A DNA stretch of 63,632 nucleotides, filler included, from Psammoneis japonica (lineage: Eukaryota): NCBI GenBank assembly GCA_008632985.1. It is 7 parts of 6 records of this genome, joined end to end, with 100 filler letters (N's around TTAATTAATTAA, not from the genome) between each part and the next. Parts side by side here need not be neighbours in the genome. Positions count along the whole stretch, not along the records: positions 24,939 to 29,058 come from QPGO01000036.1; positions 29,159 to 54,064 come from QPGO01000038.1; 5 more parts are not named here. One strand, 5' to 3'. Below the pieces are notes generated by a model. It was not told the DNA's origin and ran no database searches. It saw only the letters and a program-made list of their open reading frames with translations. Made by a program: the position numbers and the translations under genes. This document shows, piece after piece, positions 25,311 to 36,543 of the stretch (position 1 is its first letter; each line of letters opens with the position of its first letter).

Positions 25311-28300
25311 TATGACTCGGTTCTGTATCAATTTGCAGGATACTCAATTGAAGAAGCTATGCATGCTTTACTGGGAGGTTATGCCCAACCACCGGTACCA
25401 AGAACCAACATCCGATCATTTGTTGGCGGCTGCTACATGAGGTCCCCCGGTTCAGCGTAAGATGCTTCCTGAAATGCTCTTGGTGTGTAACGCACTTATG
25501 AAGGCTTTGAATCACCCGAACGAATACGTAATAGGCAGTCTGCTTCGCTTTCTTTGCAAGGTGAAGGATGAGGAGATTCTCGGTCCACTCATCCCTTCCA
25601 TCAAGGCTAATCTCGAACATCGTCATCAATACGTCCGTAAGAACGCGGCGCTCGCCTTATTTGTTGCTCAGATAAGCCGTTTGGAGAGCACTTGATTCCT
25701 GATGCACCAGAGCTCATGTACGAATTCCTCCAAGCCGAAACAGACGTTGCTGCGAGGAGAAACGCCTTTCTTATGCTTTTCAATCAGTCGGAGGATTCAT
25801 TTGGCCATTCATTTCTTGGCCCAACACATGGATGACGTTGGCAAGTACGGAGATGGGTTCGCCTTGCTCGTTCCGCCTGGAACTTAGGGCCCTACTCGTA
25901 AGATCTGTCGCCGTGACCCCATACTGTACCCAAAAGTCACGATTTGTCCGGGTCTTGTTTCAGATGCTTTCCAACACGTCTGCTGCCGTGTCCTACAAAA
26001 CAGCTTGGACTCTAGTCTCGCTTTCTTCGGCACCCACTGTCATTCGTGCTGCCGACGTTGCTTACACAATTGTTGAATGACAAGAATGACAACAATGTCA
26101 AGCTCATTGTTCTTGAGTGATTGGAAGACCTCAAGATGCGTCATTGCAAGATCTTGCAGCTGCTAATGGACATTCTTCGCGCGCTTCGTTCCCCAAGCGC
26201 TGATATTTGCAAGAAGGTCCTCGATGTTGCCATGGATATTGTCACCCTTCGTAGCGTTTCTGATGTGGTATCGACGCTTGAGCGCGAGGTCGCCAAGACT
26301 GCAGGACTCTTCCATGGCGGAAGCCAAGGGCATGGAACATGCTGATTCGGACCGTTCACGGATGCGCTGTGCGATTCCCCAATGTTGCCGAGTCGGGTTG
26401 TTTTTGCCCGCATGGACTTTTTGGGCGTGGATGGAGGTATGCAGGTTGCTTTTTTTGCCAGAGCCATTGTCGAACAGTACCCCGCACTGTGAGGCCCATC
26501 TTGCCAAAGTTGTTTGGTTTCGTCGTGGACATTTCTTCGCGCAACGTAATGTACGTTTGTCTCCGGATCTTGGGTGAATACCCGGATACGGAGGAAACCA
26601 CTGTTGAGGCCTCTGCAATTTTTTCATATCAGTTAGGTCCGACCCCATTCTTGATTGCCAAGGAAGAGTATGATGAAGAGAAGCACGAAGAAGGAGATGC
26701 TCCCAAAATGATTACTAAGGACGTTGTGTTGGCAGCCGGTGCTTACGCGACCCAAGACCCAAACCGTCTACTCCGAAGCCGCTCTTCCGGACGATTCGGA
26801 TAATACTCCTCATTTGCGCAAGATGGTGATTGGTTGTGACGTCTTCTTGGGAACCATTCTAGAGCTTCATGCCTGACCAAGTTGTGTTTGAGGGCTACCT
26901 GGTACGAATTTGCCTCAAATGGACGCATTGGCGATTAAGAAAATGACGCCCGATACGCTGCTTATCATGTGCGGTGTAGTCAAAATGACCCAGGCCAGCT
27001 TTTCAGTTCAGCGTCCAACCGTGGCTGATTGTTCGTAACGCATTGCACTTCGCTGCCTTACGCTATCGGGCTCCAAGGAATGTCTATTACTCAAGGATAA
27101 TCTCCTGAACCATGGTGAAGCAATGTTCGCCCAGGTTATTAAGACGCTCAAGGACAAAGAAACCAAAGATGCTTCATCCGACGGCGAGGACGACGCAGGT
27201 AAACTCCCCACGGCGCAGCCTGACGACTTGATCCACTTTAGTCAGTTGCGTTCCATGGCTGTTCAGGGTGGTGATGTCGACCTTGACGACGGAGACGATT
27301 TGGGACGTGCTACTGAGTATGTCGGTGCCAACGATTTGCTTAGTTCCGAACTGAATCATGTCTACCAACTCAGTGGGTTTGCGGATAATGTCTACGCGGA
27401 GGCCTATGTCACGGTGACAGTGTCTTGGAGATTCTGGTCATCAATCTTACTCCCAACACACTAGCCAATATTGCGGTGGAGCTCGCCACAAAGGGTGACA
27501 TAAAGATTGTCGAACGCCCGCAGTCTAAAAAGATCGGCCCTTTCGATCAGATCACCGTCCGCGCCTCCATCAAGATCTCCTCCACCGAGACGGGGCACAT
27601 CTTTGGAATCATTGTCTACGACGACACGGCGACTCGGGGGAAGGGATACATCAATCTCAATGACATTAACATGGACATTATGGATTACATTCGCCCCGCA
27701 ACTTGTACCGACGAAGCCTTTCGATCCATGTGGGCCGAGTTTGCATGGGAAAACAACGTGGCCATTTCAGCCTCGATTCCCAACTTGTTGGATTTTCTCA
27801 ATCACATTGTCGAGTCGACCAACATGCGCTGCCTCACTCTGCACGACACATTGGAAACGGGACGCTTCCTTGCCGCTAACCTCTACGCAAGAAGGTAAGA
27901 CATTGCTTGTTCTCGATGCGCGCTTGCCGATTGTTTCCCGGTTTTGTGTTGGATACTGCGTAGCACGCTTTTTCATGAGTAGTGCCTGTTAATGCCGGGA
28001 GAAAGAAACTTCTCGTGAAACTGTCGGCGCCGACAAGGTGCCTTGTTACGCATTCAGCACCTCATTGCAAGCACGAGAGCGTGGCCGTGTGGGATCAGTC
28101 CTTACGCGTACCTTTAGAGCATTGGTGTATCATATCTATTTGCTCATGCAACTCTAGTTTCATAGTCTTTGAACCGTCAACTAACACATGCGTGCTTTTG
28201 TTGTTTGTATAGTGTCCTTGGTGAAGACGCTTTCGTTAGTGTTTCGGTCGAGAAGAAGGACGACAACGACTTTAAGTTGGCTGGGTACATACGGACACAA

Positions 28301-28325
28301 GGTATTGCTCTGACACTGCATGAAC
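25311..28325 (+). pseudogene. COPB1: Coatomer subunit beta (beta-COP) pseudogene
   Basis: Recognisable segments [89 protein letters not shown] and FLAANLYAR/SVLGEDA (intron about 27896-28212). Many stops, frameshifts and deletions. Confidence 0.88.
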
Positions 28326-29058
28326 TAGTCCCACCGGTATGTATGTTGATTCTACTCTCTATGCTTCTCTCCCTCGTTTTGATTTCCCAGGCTACAACCA
28401 AAGGGTCGATCGCTTCCTTGACGCCAATCGGGAACGGGCCGTGGCCAAAACCGCGAGGCTAGGCAGTATGTGGATCAAGCCTCTAGCAATGTATATGTTT
28501 GGCAATAACAAGGTTTAATAGGGAGCCATTTGAACGAGAAGATTGAAAAGCTGCATGAATAACAAAGTTCTATACATTTAGTCTAGACGCCACGAATGAT
28601 CTCCATCGTTCATTGCCATAGAGAGGAGCCGCTGTCCTTCCTGGCGCGTAAACAAAATCATTCCGTGACGCCAAAACTTACCTTATTATTTCATTCTTCC
28701 ACAATTCATTCTCTGCGTCCGAAATAAGTAAGGGTTTGGTTCATTGACTACCGCGGTTCTCGAGCAAATACAGAGTGTTCAGAATGTGCATCGAGATTCG
28801 CTGAGTCGTGATTCAGATTCTGCCCAACGGCGGAAAGCATACTTCTACATACACTGATTCCTCCGCAGATCTACACAACGGAAATATAAAATGACCATTG
28901 TGCCGTACCCTTCTACAGGAATCCAGTACAAAACAGATGACATTCGGCATTCGAACTGCCAGCGCGACACTTTCCCTGACTCAACCATGAATCATATCCT
29001 CTAAGTAAATCCAAGACCTTCTGACGATGACGCACTCAACATCGACTGTCACTTATGG

Positions 29059-29158
29059 NNNNNNNNNNNNNNNNNNNNNNNNNNNNNNNNNNNNNNNNNN
29101 NNTTAATTAATTAANNNNNNNNNNNNNNNNNNNNNNNNNNNNNNNNNNNNNNNNNNNN
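29059..29158. other. Artificial contig-joining spacer
   Basis: N44-TTAATTAATTAA-N44. Confidence 0.95.
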
Positions 29159-29519
29159 GCATGCCACGGGACCAACTGTGGACATGATGCGGAAGATTGC
29201 CGTCAGCTCAAGCACCACGTGAAACGTGTCAAGACTGGACATTCCAACAACGGAGGCGGCAAGCCCAACACAAAACCTCGGAATGAGGAAGATGTTAATG
29301 CTCTCATCGGATCGAAGGTCGAGGAGCACTTTGCCAATGCTCAGAAAAAGCGCAAGGCCCGCGAGGAGGAGCTTGATCACTTCCGCGACCTCAACCCAAG
29401 TGGTTCCGAAGACTCGGACGCCAGAGAAGGGGGCCGACACGATGCAGGCAGTTTTAATGCATTGGATGAATGTGTGAATGAACAACTGAACTACCATCGT
29501 ACACGTGTTGCAGGCCAAT

Positions 29520-30401
29520 CCCGCAAACGAGTTAAAAAGACTCATCTTGCTCCAATCTTGTTTGCAGCTGTGAATGCTGAACATGGCAAGGGCAAGACTC
29601 AAACCATTAAGACACTGCCAGACAGTGGCGCCAGCAGTGCTCCACTCGACAGTCGACACTGCAAACGTCTGCGAAGCCATTCAACGGCTGAGACAAACTG
29701 GCTACGGTGGCAGGCTCGTCTGGCACGTCTGACGACTGCACCGTTAAATTTCGGTTGCCAGAGTTGTCCGAAGCTGCAGAACTTGAGCATGCCGTCCACG
29801 CACACAACAGAAAGCAGGGCAAGTGCGATGTGATTGTTGGACGTGACATTCTGGAGACACAAGGCATTGACGTTGTCTTCTCCAAACAGATGACAGAGTG
29901 GCCATTGGTCAATGGAGAAGTGCCAATGAGGCACGTAGATGCTGCGGTGGAAACCTCCTTCTATCTTCAAGATCCAGAAGCCTTGTCTTCGGAAACCGAC
30001 CGGATTTCGCGCATTTTAGACGCTGAGCACGCGCCGGCCTGCCTCGAGGACATGACGCGAGGGGCAATGGGACTTTCCACAGTTCAACAAAACAACCTTT
30101 TGGCACTGTTGAAATGCCATGAGTCCTTGTTTGATGGGACATCAGGAGAATGGAAGGGAGAGCCCTGCCATGTCCAACTCAAGGAGGGTGTGGAACCATG
30201 CCATGCTCGTCCGCATGAAGTGCCTCGTGCGCACAAAGCTGCGCTGCGTAAAGAAGTAGAACACCTGGCACGTGTCGGTGTTCTCAAATGCGTCAACCGA
30301 TCCCAATGGGCAGCTCCATCATTTGTCATGCCGAAGAAAGATTTAACGGCACGCTTTGTTGATGATTTCAGAGAGCTGAACAAACGGATCAAGCGATTGC
30401 C
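29520..30401 (+). pseudogene. Gypsy pol 5' part: protease and RT N-terminus
   Basis: LPDSGAS, CDVIVGRDIL and SQWAAPSFVMPKKDLTARFVDDFRELNKRIKRLP. It ends at the Copia TSD. Confidence 0.85.
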
Positions 30402-30582
30402 GAATGAATGCCGATGCAGCCGCGTGGGGCAATGACAGCACCTTGAGCCCAAGAGCAGCAGCGACAAACCAAAGAGAACCCTGTGTCGATTAGAACGTGT
30501 GAGATTGTGGGAAAGAACAAACCACCAGATCGTGCGCGTCAGCCCCGGACCAGGGACTGACCGCTCCACCCAGATTTACTCG
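30402..30582 (-). repeat. Copia 3' LTR
   Basis: Direct repeat of 36358-36538. On the minus strand it is preceded by the G-rich PPT-like CGCGGGGAC. Ends are uncertain by about 1 bp. Confidence 0.9.
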
Positions 30583-30699
30583 GTCCCCGCGAAACGGCAG
30601 TGACAATGCCGATTCGTCTAAACCTGGAACATCCTCTCACAGAGAGGCAAACACAAAACCCAAATTCAGGCCACCAGCAATGCTGGCTTGGGAGGCCGA

Positions 30700-32674
30700 A
30701 ACAAGTGGGCGCGAGCCGCAGGTGTCTGGCCTTGGTGTCGGGGCTCTGCCAAAAGATGCAAGAGCAAAGTTTCCAATGCCGCTCTCCCGTCGTCACCTTC
30801 ACAAACAAATCCCGCCAAATTTGTGTCCGTGTCCTCCTTCCAACGCGAATGACGCCAGCCGCAACCGCTTCACGAACCAAATGACAGTTGACAGCATCAT
30901 GCTTCTTGTGCAACACAGATTCCGGAACACTGACGTTCTTCACCACGCCGCGGTTGTCGCAAAATGCATTGGCAGGGCCTTCAATCGGCACTCCAAACAT
31001 GCAAAGTTTGTGACGCAAAGCAACAATCAACTCCTTGCAAATGCGCATTGCAACCAATTCGCTGCCAAACGTCGCTGACTCCACTGTGTTCTGCCGCTTG
31101 CTAAACCAAATGATCGGAGCATTGTTCACGAATGTCAAAATCCCGCTGTGCGATCTGCGAGCAACAACGTTTCCCGCATGGTTGGCGTCAACAAATGCAG
31201 ACACATTTGCCGGGTTGCCACGGGGCTTGGGCATCCATGGCGGCAACTCCTCCTCAACGTCCCCATAAAACTCCGTCCAGTCCGCAGTGGAATTGAAAAC
31301 AGATTCGTCAATCACAGGCATCTTCGGGTCAAAACCAATGCGACCGACATTCAAATGCTTCTTCATGTGCGCGAACACATGGTGCAACGCTTCGAGGTGC
31401 CCTTTCCTTGGGTTGGCTTGACACTGAGAGAGAATAGAAACTTCATGCAAGATGTCGACACGGCCCAACTCGATCGCCCAACGACAAATGCCAATCAACT
31501 GCAAACACCTGTCCACCAAATCGGGTCCCAACTCGTCCGTCACGTCTAATTCCGGCTTGTGCTTAGAAGGCAGTGGGTCCCTCACATTGTTCTTCAAGAC
31601 TGCTCCGTCACCGTCCTCTTCTAACAGCCCTTCCACCGTCTTGATCGCCGACTTGACACACGACTTCGGCGAGCTTGCCCAAATGGTGCACCCATCTTTG
31701 GTCTGAACCTTCTCGACGTCGGCTCCAAGGCACAACGATGTCTCTCCTTCACTCCCAGGTTTGACAGCAAATGATTCACCCATGCTCTCGACAATGGATT
31801 TTCCTTGATGAGAAATGATTAGAATGTCGTCAACATGAACCAAAAGCATTTCATAATGCTCGTGCCCATCGTCACGAGTCGCCGCACGAACACAAACGTT
31901 GGGATCCGCCTTCGTTGATTCAAAACCCATGTTCCGTAAAACGGATGCCAATGCGGACCTCCAAGAGTGTCCAGAGCTCTTCAAACCGCACAGCGCTCGA
32001 GTCACAACTAGAACCTTGCCTTGGTGCTCTCCACATTCCCTGCCACCTTCGAACCAGATCTTCTCCGCACACGGGGCATTCAAGTGCGCGTTCTCCAGGT
32101 CGACAGCCGCAATGTCCACTCCATTCAATGCTGCCAGCAGGAATCCTAACCGCACGCCATCCCTCGAAACAACACTTGAGCATGTGATCGATGATGGTGT
32201 TTCCGCAGCATGACCTCCTGCAACAAATCTGGCCTTCCCAGTGAAATCCATCTTTGCGTCGAATGCCAAATGGCACCTGATCTCCTGACAACCACGCAAA
32301 GTTGCACTCTTGCCTTCCCGGACGACTTGAGGGGTTTCAGCTTCATGTTCGCGCCACGCTGCCTTGACCTTGTTCATCTCCTTGTCAATTGCGCGAGCCC
32401 AACAGTCCGTCCCCGTTTCCTGGTCAATCTTCAAAGCATCTTCCGTAGACTTGGGTAAACGTGTGCCGAACTTGTGGGCAGTGCGCCAATGTTTCTTCTT
32501 AGCCTTCGAGATGATGCGATTCCGCTTGCCTGAAACATGCGTGGCCCACCAAGCAAACGCCGGTTCTTCGGTTGACCTGTTCGCTGCAGCATGCTCAGCA
32601 AGCTCAATCGGGCTAGACTCCTTCAGATCCTTGAGTTTCACCCACGACAAGCTGCCGTCCTTCCATGCGACCAA
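30700..32674 (-). pseudogene. Copia reverse transcriptase and RNase H
   Basis: KARFVAGGH, DLENAHLNA, RALCGLK, LLVHVDDILII, FVDANHAG, SKRQNTVESATFGSE and FCDNRGV. Only 2 Tyr in the 711-aa ORF. Confidence 0.92.
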
Positions 32675-33156
32675 TGGGTTCCATCCTTTCGTAGTGTCTT
32701 CTTATGTTCGTTCCCGTCAGCTGTCTGAACTGTTCCTTCCTGGATCGGTGTAGCTTCGCCGGTCTTTTCGTGATCCTGTGTCTCCTGCAAAATAGAGTGC
32801 TGGTTGCCTTGCTGTCAACTTGAGCAAACACATTCTCCGCGATCACATTGGCAGCACGCTTGTCTCTGGCACCGTCTGTGCATTCAATCTCACATTCGCG
32901 GGTGTCAAACAATGGATTCTGATGCCGGGTTCCAATCAGTTGCCCATCCTGACCTCGTGCCCGCTTGACTGCGACTCCTCGCCGTTCAGCGTTAGTCCCA
33001 ACATCAAACACGAGTTCCATTCCAAGACATTGATCAATTGCCTGTTCGTCGTCGTCCTCGGGTCGTTCTCCTGGCAATGACATGTCCCCGCATTCCTCAT
33101 CGGTTGGTGTCACACCGCCTTCACATTCCATGCCGGGGTTGCCGTCGATCGCCAAA

Positions 33157-34020
33157 TCATCCAATGCAAATGCTGGTGCCCTTCGTCGCCTTGTAAAACG
33201 AAACTGGTGTCATCCAACCGTGCCCGAGTTGTTCGTCAAACTTGTCGACTTTCACACGAGTGTCCGGCTGCACCATGTCGGCCTGCGTTACATGCTCGAC
33301 CAAAGTCTTCGAAACCATCTTCCCGGATTCCGTGACAATCCAATGACACATGTCCGATCCGACCTTGTGAGACACACCAAGCCATCGTCCAAGCCTCCTC
33401 GGGTCATCTGTTACATTCGGCTTGTCGTGTCCATCCCACCACCAGACCAGATCACAGAAACCGAAGTCCAAACACTCGCCTGTTTTGGGTGTCTGACCAG
33501 TTGCCTCTTCACACCCAGTCCGTTTGTCGCGGCCTCTTGCCATGCGAGACACAAGTTCCGATTCACAAACTAGACCAAAATCCCACAATCGTTTCGGCAC
33601 CTTCTTCCTCGTCATCCGCAGGCGCCAACACTTAGCCAAGAACCCGATCTCTCTTTCTGCTGCGTGATTCTGATTCTTACGACCTTGTTCCGTTGTCCTG
33701 AGTTGGATCCTCATTCGACGTGTGTGTTTCACAAACTCAGTGCTTCGTCCTGTGAACTCTCCAGCACCATCCGACATGAGACACTCCGGCACTCCCACAT
33801 CGTCTGTAAAGTCAACGAGAGACAAACCTGCCTCCGACCTTGCGGTCATTGGCACAACCTTTACGAACTTGCCCTGAGCACAAACATTGGCACAAGTGTG
33901 CCGAGCAAAGACTTCACCTTGGACATTAACGTGTCCACAAACCATGTCCCTTTTGATCTTTTCCGATGCAGGTCCAAGTGATCCACCCTGACTCTCCTTG
34001 ACATTGGTTGGGTCACCGTC
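33157..34020 (-). pseudogene. Copia integrase
   Basis: WFVDT, DVGVPECLMSDGAGEFTG, QNHAAEREIG, VPKRLWDFGL and LGRWLGVSHKVGSDMC. Confidence 0.85.
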
Positions 34021-34444
34021 CNNNNNNNNNNNNNNNNNNNNNNNNNNNNNNNNNNNNNNNNNNNNNNNNNNNNNNNNNNNNNNNNNNNNNNNNNNNNNNN
34101 NNNNNNNNNNNNNNNNNNNNNNNNNNNNNNNNNNNNNNNNNNNNNNNNNNNNNNNNNNNNNNNNNNNNNNNNNNNNNNNNNNNNNNNNNNNNNNNNNNNN
34201 NNNNNNNNNNNNNNNNNNNNNNNNNNNNNNNNNNNGACTGGAGACAATCGAGTGAGTTCAGCTTCAACCTCGCCCCATTGGACTGCTTGAGACTTGGCCC
34301 TGTCGCTCTTCATTTCTGAAATCTGTTCCTGTCTCATGCCAGATGTCATCGAACGGACAGCGCGCATCTCAGATTGCTCCCTTGCACGCTGTGGTGAACC
34401 CACATCGACTTCCGTTGGACTCCACACGTCTCCTGTTGGCAGCA

Positions 34445-36120
34445 TCACTGGTGAGTTCTTCTCCTCCCAATCCGTGGAACACGAGACTTGAAAAATGCAA
34501 TTGTCCCCATGGAATTGAAAGGCATGAAAGCTTCATCAGCTTCGATTCCAAACCCATTTCGAGTGTCGCAAGGGTTGTCGTGTGCGGGCACATTGTGCGC
34601 TCGCAACTGATTGGGGTTCAACAATGAATGCTGCACGTCAGTTCCAAACCACAGCATTTGGTCTCCAACCAGCAAGCACTCGCGAGTCGTTTCCGGATCC
34701 GTCCATGCTGTGCAACAACGCGCCACAGGAATCTGTTTAACTGGCTCATGCGAATCTAGAAACGGGTGCACTTCACAGACTTCGTTCGTCAATTCCATGA
34801 GTTTCCAGTTAGCGCCAGCACAACAAGTGTCCGCATGAGTGTCACATTCGTTCCTTGCCATGAAGCCGGGTGTCGTTAAGTTCGTCATCGCGGTGGTGGT
34901 CGTTGACCTTGTCACACGTTTCGAAGTCACAGCAACGCGCCTTTTCGTTGCCTTCTCTTGCAAATGAAACATTGGGTGGGGTTTGGTTAACAACATGATG
35001 AGCAACATGAATGCAAATGATGTGTGTGCCAAATGCGCCAACGCTCCCGTAGTTGAAACCACCCCGATCAGTCAAACATGACCTTGACAGGCCCCTCGAC
35101 CGAAAGCGCGCCCATTCCTGCCACCACGATCACGGTCAGCTCCGCGACCGCGGCCACCGTTTTCACCTTGCGCTTGATCTTGCTGCCCTTGACCTTGACG
35201 GTCTTGAACCTGAGCTTCGGCTGCTTGCCTGTTGCCTCCGTCGCGTCCGCCTCTTCCTGCAGGGTTTCCTCGACCACCGCGTCCGTGCATCCTTTCACGA
35301 GCTTGAAAAACACAATTGAGACCTCCGTTAAAGCGCAATCTGTCCCATTCCTGGTCGGCAAATGTCCTCGTAGGATCCGACACATCGACTCCATCAATCA
35401 CAGTTGTGCGATCACCGCCCCTTCCTTGATGTCCTCCGCGTCCTCCACCACGGCCAAATCCACCGCCACGCCCACGACCGCCGCGATGGAAACCTCGGCC
35501 ACCACCGCCACCTCGGCTGATCTGAGAAATCTTGCGCTTCGCATGATGCCAGGCTTCCAACTGAGCACCTGCATGCAAACGAGAGACTTCGGATGAGAAA
35601 CAAGCACACGCCCCCGCGAAGTCACGAGGGCACTGGTTGCCAATGACGGCCGTAGCTGCCACAAGACGGGCATCCTCTGATTTGATGCCCTTCTGCAATG
35701 TTTCAACCTTCTGCCGAGCAGATGTGCTTTCATCTGGAACCTTGTCCAAAGTGGCAAAGGCACTGGTGAGTTTCTCCTTGAATTTCTCAAACGCAAGTGC
35801 ACCTTCCTTTTTGTAGAACTGGTCAACAACACCACAAACCTGCAATGCCGCGTCCACGTCAGCCGCCGCGGCCAAAGCCGCAAGTGCCACTGCTGGTGCC
35901 GCTGCCATCCTGTGACAAGAGAAACAGAGGCAACAACCCGCACAATGGGTCGCAATTTGGTGTGAGTGCGCATGGCACAGGAGGCCACACCGACCGGTGC
36001 TGTGACAACGGGTTCACGCAGCCAACTGACTTTGGGGTGATCAATCCCGTGTCGTTTCCATCGTGAGCACACGCTCGGGCATGCTGCCCAATGCCGCAGT
36101 CGCTCCACACCCGTTAACAA
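34445..36120 (-). pseudogene. Copia gag (RGG-rich C-terminus) and aspartic protease
   Basis: FEKFKEKLTSAFATL...KVETLQKGI, RGG repeats, DGVDVSDPTRTF, and protease ECDTHADTCCAGANW...SLLNPNQLR. Confidence 0.8.
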
Positions 36121-36342
36121 CATGGAGATGGTGACCATTTTGCGAGCATTTTCCGTTGCAAGCTGTTTCCTTTGGTCGTCATACGCGACACAGAGCACAC
36201 GCTGCACGCGACAACCCCCTTTCGACGCTGCGCGTGCGAATCAGTGCATTTTCTACAGCTGCTCGTTCCATGCACACAATCACAACAATCAACCGTTTGC
36301 AACGAGTTGTTTCCTTGTCCGTTTCGTTCAGCTTTTCATCAA

Positions 36343-36356
36343 TGGCTCTGATGAAG
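36343..36356 (-). other. Probable primer-binding site (initiator tRNA-Met type)
   Basis: The minus strand reads CTTCATCAGAGCCA next to the 5' LTR. The canonical iMet PBS is TGGTATCAGAGCCA; here TAT appears as CAT and the first three bases mismatch. Confidence 0.5.
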
Positions 36357-36357
36357 C

Positions 36358-36538
36358 AAACAAATGCCGATGCAGCCGCGTGGGGCAATGACAGCACCTT
36401 GAGCCTGAGAGCAGCAGTGACAAACCAAAGAGAACCCTGTGTCGATTAGATCGTGCAAGATTGTGGGAAAGAACAAACCACCAGATCGTGCGCGTCAGCC
36501 CCGGACCAGGGACTGACCGCTCCACCCAGATTCACTCG
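36358..36538 (-). repeat. Copia 5' LTR
   Basis: Direct repeat of 30402-30582. Confidence 0.9.
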
Positions 36539-36543
36539 TTGCC

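Larger units (their letters stand above)
30402..36538 (-). mobile_element. Full-length Ty1/Copia (CoDi-like) LTR retrotransposon, TpA-hypermutated
   Basis: 181-bp LTRs at both ends and a 5-bp TSD TTGCC (30397-30401 and 36539-36543). Order is gag, PR, IN, RT, RNase H on the minus strand. Confidence 0.93.
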
